From: Octopus bimaculoides
Taxonomy: Eukaryota
Assembly: GCF_001194135.2 (NCBI RefSeq)
Contig: NC_069004.1
Coordinates: 20,132,275 to 20,168,569, forward strand
DNA length: 36,295 bases
Reading direction: 5' to 3'
The notes beneath the pieces were generated by a model, which did no database searches, had not been told where the DNA came from, and saw only the letters and a program-made list of their open reading frames with translations. Shown piece by piece: positions 33,430-36,295 of this stretch; the stretch's first letter is position 1; each line of letters starts with the position of its first letter. The position numbers and the translations under genes were made by a program.

Positions 33430-34920
33430 AAAGTCATAAGAAATCCTCATAGTTATGCAAATGACACAAATGCCCAACTAGATTATATGCTAATCAACAA
33501 GAAATGGATGAATAGGACCTTAAACACAGTCTTACAATACTTTTGAAGAAGTAGGCAATGACTACAAAATTGTCACATCAAAATTTCACTTCAGTCTTAG
33601 AGCTTACAAAACCAAATCAGCCTCTAGAGCTGTATATGACTGGTCAGTTTTAACCAACAAGAGAGACATCCACCACTGCAGTTAGAAACAGATTTGAGCT
33701 ACTACAAAATGAAAATGAAGAAAATTCCTCCAACACAACATACAATAATTTTGTAATGTCCTACACAGATGTTGCAAAAGAGATCATAGTCATAAAACCA
33801 AGAACTAATAAACATTTCCCCTGAGATGACCAAGTGATAATGAACAAGAGAAAACACCTCAAAGAAGTTGCTCAAGCTAAACTTATACATCTAAGTCCTT
33901 CAGATGAAGCCAATTTCAAAAAGCCACAGAAAGAACTACTAGACCTATATCAGTCTCAGCAAGAAAGCTAAATAAACTGAATTAAACAAGTAGACATTAC
34001 TAGCTAAAAAAATGTCTGCTGGACTAGATAACATTCTACATGAAGTCTGAAAAATAGAAATCAATGATATTATGTTAGGCTTCTGCAATACAGTCTACAA
34101 TGGAGGTAACACTGACAAATGGATAGAAGGCTGTATACTCTCATTTTCAAAGAAAAGCAATTGGGTCTCACAAAGAACTACAGAGGCACCACTCATACAG
34201 CTATCACTTCAAAAATTTATAATTTACTCCTACTCAACAGGACAGAACCAGAAATTGAGAAAATGTTCAGAAGAAATCAAAATGGCTTCAAAAAATAGAT
34301 CAACAGTCAGATAAATGCTTGCAGTTCATTGTCTACTCAGAGTAAAAGCCAAAAATCTTGAAGTAGTATGACTGTTGATTTCTCAAAGGCTTTTGAATTT
34401 ATCCACCATGGTAAAATGGCAAAAATACTACTGGCCTCTGGTATCCACGAAGAAACAACAGCAGTAATAATCATGCTCTATAACACCAAATCAATGTTAA
34501 GATCCCTAGATGGAAATACAAATTTCTTTGGCATCAAAGCTGGAGTAATCTGGAGTGACACACTGCTACCTTTTCGCTTCATGATCACTTTGGATTATGT
34601 CCTCAGAATATCACCTGACAACCTAAACAGCCTTGGTTTCACGTTCATGAAAAGAAGATTGATTGGACATCCAGTTCAGAAAATAATTGATCTAGACTAT
34701 GCTGATGATTTATCCCTGCTCTTTGACACAATATCAAACTCCATCCAATTACTTCATAGACTAGAATTAGCTGCAGAAGATGGAGTATTTGTTAATCTTA
34801 GTAAAACCAAGTCCATTGCTCACAATCAATAAAGATCCATTGCCATCATCAGAGAAGATCCCATCAATCAAGTTGATGATTTCACATACCTCAGTTCTGA
34901 GACAACTTTAACTGAATAAG
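33430..34920 (+). pseudogene. RTE family B LINE: endonuclease C-half, linker and RT, heavily decayed
   Basis: AQLDYMLINKKW..DYKIVT (endonuclease end); WIEGCIL..KNYRG..NQNGF; VDFSKAFEFIHH; AGV..DTLLPFRF; DLDYADDLSLL. Confidence 0.9.
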
Positions 34921-36295
34921 GTTTGAGATGCTAGGAAGAGTTGGTTTGCAATTATGAAGAACACCTTTCATTTCTATCTGGATCCAGCAAAGGAAGCTAT
35001 ATGCTGCAAAAGAGTAATTGCTTCATTAACAGTGCTGTATATTCTGCAAGAATGCTTTCCTGTTGAGAGTGGAAATGTAACTTCAGTGAAATCTAATCCA
35101 CCTCTGGTCTCTTGTTTATACCTCGCTAAATAACTAGAGAAAATGTGGAAATTTCAAGGATGCTATAGTTGGTGTTCATACATGGCATAATATCACTGCA
35201 AACTGTTTGGTTGATAATCAGGACAGACTTCATGACAAAAGCATATGATCAATTCTGGACCTTGCTACAGTGTAAAAGCTTTTCACAGACCGAATCAACA
35301 CCATAAGCCCACCTTTGTTTTTGAGTACCAACATCTATTTTATAGTGACATCTCACTGGCATCACTCGACTTTTCCTTTCTTCTGCAACCAACACCGTTA
35401 TCTTCCATAGTTCTCAAAGTCTCTTTCCAGATGTCCTGTTGTCTTTCAGAGACTGAAGTTCTCAAGTCGATTTTCTATGTTTCTTTACATAGTTTTTTTC
35501 CATTTTTCTAGCAATCAAGTTAGCACAGAAATATCAATAAATGATGTACTGCTTTTAATAGAGTTAACCGTCCATTGCCCCCAAAATGGAAAATTATTTC
35601 CACTAGAGACCAAGGGTTCAGAATATATGTCTGTGAAGCTTTGGGAATCCAACACTCTTAGGCTCATGATACCTGGCAACTCTCTGCACCCCAACACACA
35701 CCACTTCTACAAAGCTTAATCAACAAGCCTCCATTTCTCAAAGTGCACAAAATATATCTTCCTTAGACTTCCAATAAAACATTGAATGTGATATCAATTA
35801 CAGATGCACATACAGAGACATGTATAATTATATGTGTGGTGTGTAAAATAATTGATAGTGACAGGCAATCTTGATCTCTGACCTAACACAGAGGTTCTAT
35901 TAAAACACAGAATAAGGTTGTAGCAGACAGTTCTCATCTGTCAATGCTATAAATATAAGTGCTTTTATGCCCCATGAGTCCATATAAGAAGTCCTCTGAA
36001 GGTAAATAATGCAGTATTCTATGTTAAGTCAGAGATGAAAATTGCCCCCTCTCTATATAGATGTGGTGTGTGTGTGTATATGAGGCCATGCTGAAATGTT
36101 CCTGGCTTTAAGGGTGTCATGAAAGGCCTGGTCAGATTTCCGAGTTCTTTATAGGACATAGAAAAACTGAAGGATCATGCAACAAGTGTGTGAATATGAG
36201 AGGGGAATATGCTGAATAAAATCATAATTAACTAATCCTACAGTATTTTTTTCTTTTACCCAAAACCAGGAACTTTTCAGCATCACCTCATATAT

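Noticed and set aside
34950-35720. Possible decayed DDE transposase (minus-strand LGAMDG-like motif) or a plus-strand exon after the acceptor-like TTTTTCTAG at ~35511
   Set aside because: Only one short motif, with no supporting neighbours in frame and no recognisable protein; needs tBLASTx or RNA-seq.
1-36295. CRISPR array or prokaryotic operon or defence system
   Set aside because: There is no repeat-spacer array and no gene-dense operon structure. The IS1595-like and GIY-YIG domains belong to eukaryotic Merlin and Penelope elements.

Overview
AT-rich animal genomic DNA with many assembly gaps. The SINE, RTE and microsatellite content and the TTAGGG repeats look like an octopus genome; this is inference from recalled repeat families, not a database hit. 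No intact protein-coding gene is visible, and the window is mostly stacked, decayed transposable elements. From left to right: an RTE-type 3' tail, a Helitron 3' end, a ~4-kb Ty3/Gypsy element with both LTRs, a Penelope-like element with GIY-YIG and a hammerhead-like motif, a Tigger/pogo transposase relic, an RTE endonuclease, three Merlin (IS1595-like) transposase fragments, two L1/Tx1-type retroelements, several tRNA-derived SINEs, inverted-repeat elements and a rearranged pair of RTE LINEs. Best leads: (1) a 1.65-kb TSD-flanked L1/Tx1-type element that encodes only ORF1 and shares a 3' motif with a full-length Tx1-like neighbour (HAL1-like); (2) that full-length element splitting a TG...CA-bounded element; (3) a candidate TATA/Inr promoter and first exon ending ATG|GTAAGT on the minus strand; (4) a back-to-back telomeric palindrome; (5) fold-back and template-switch scars. 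All alignments and identities were done by eye; boundaries are approximate unless a motif is quoted.
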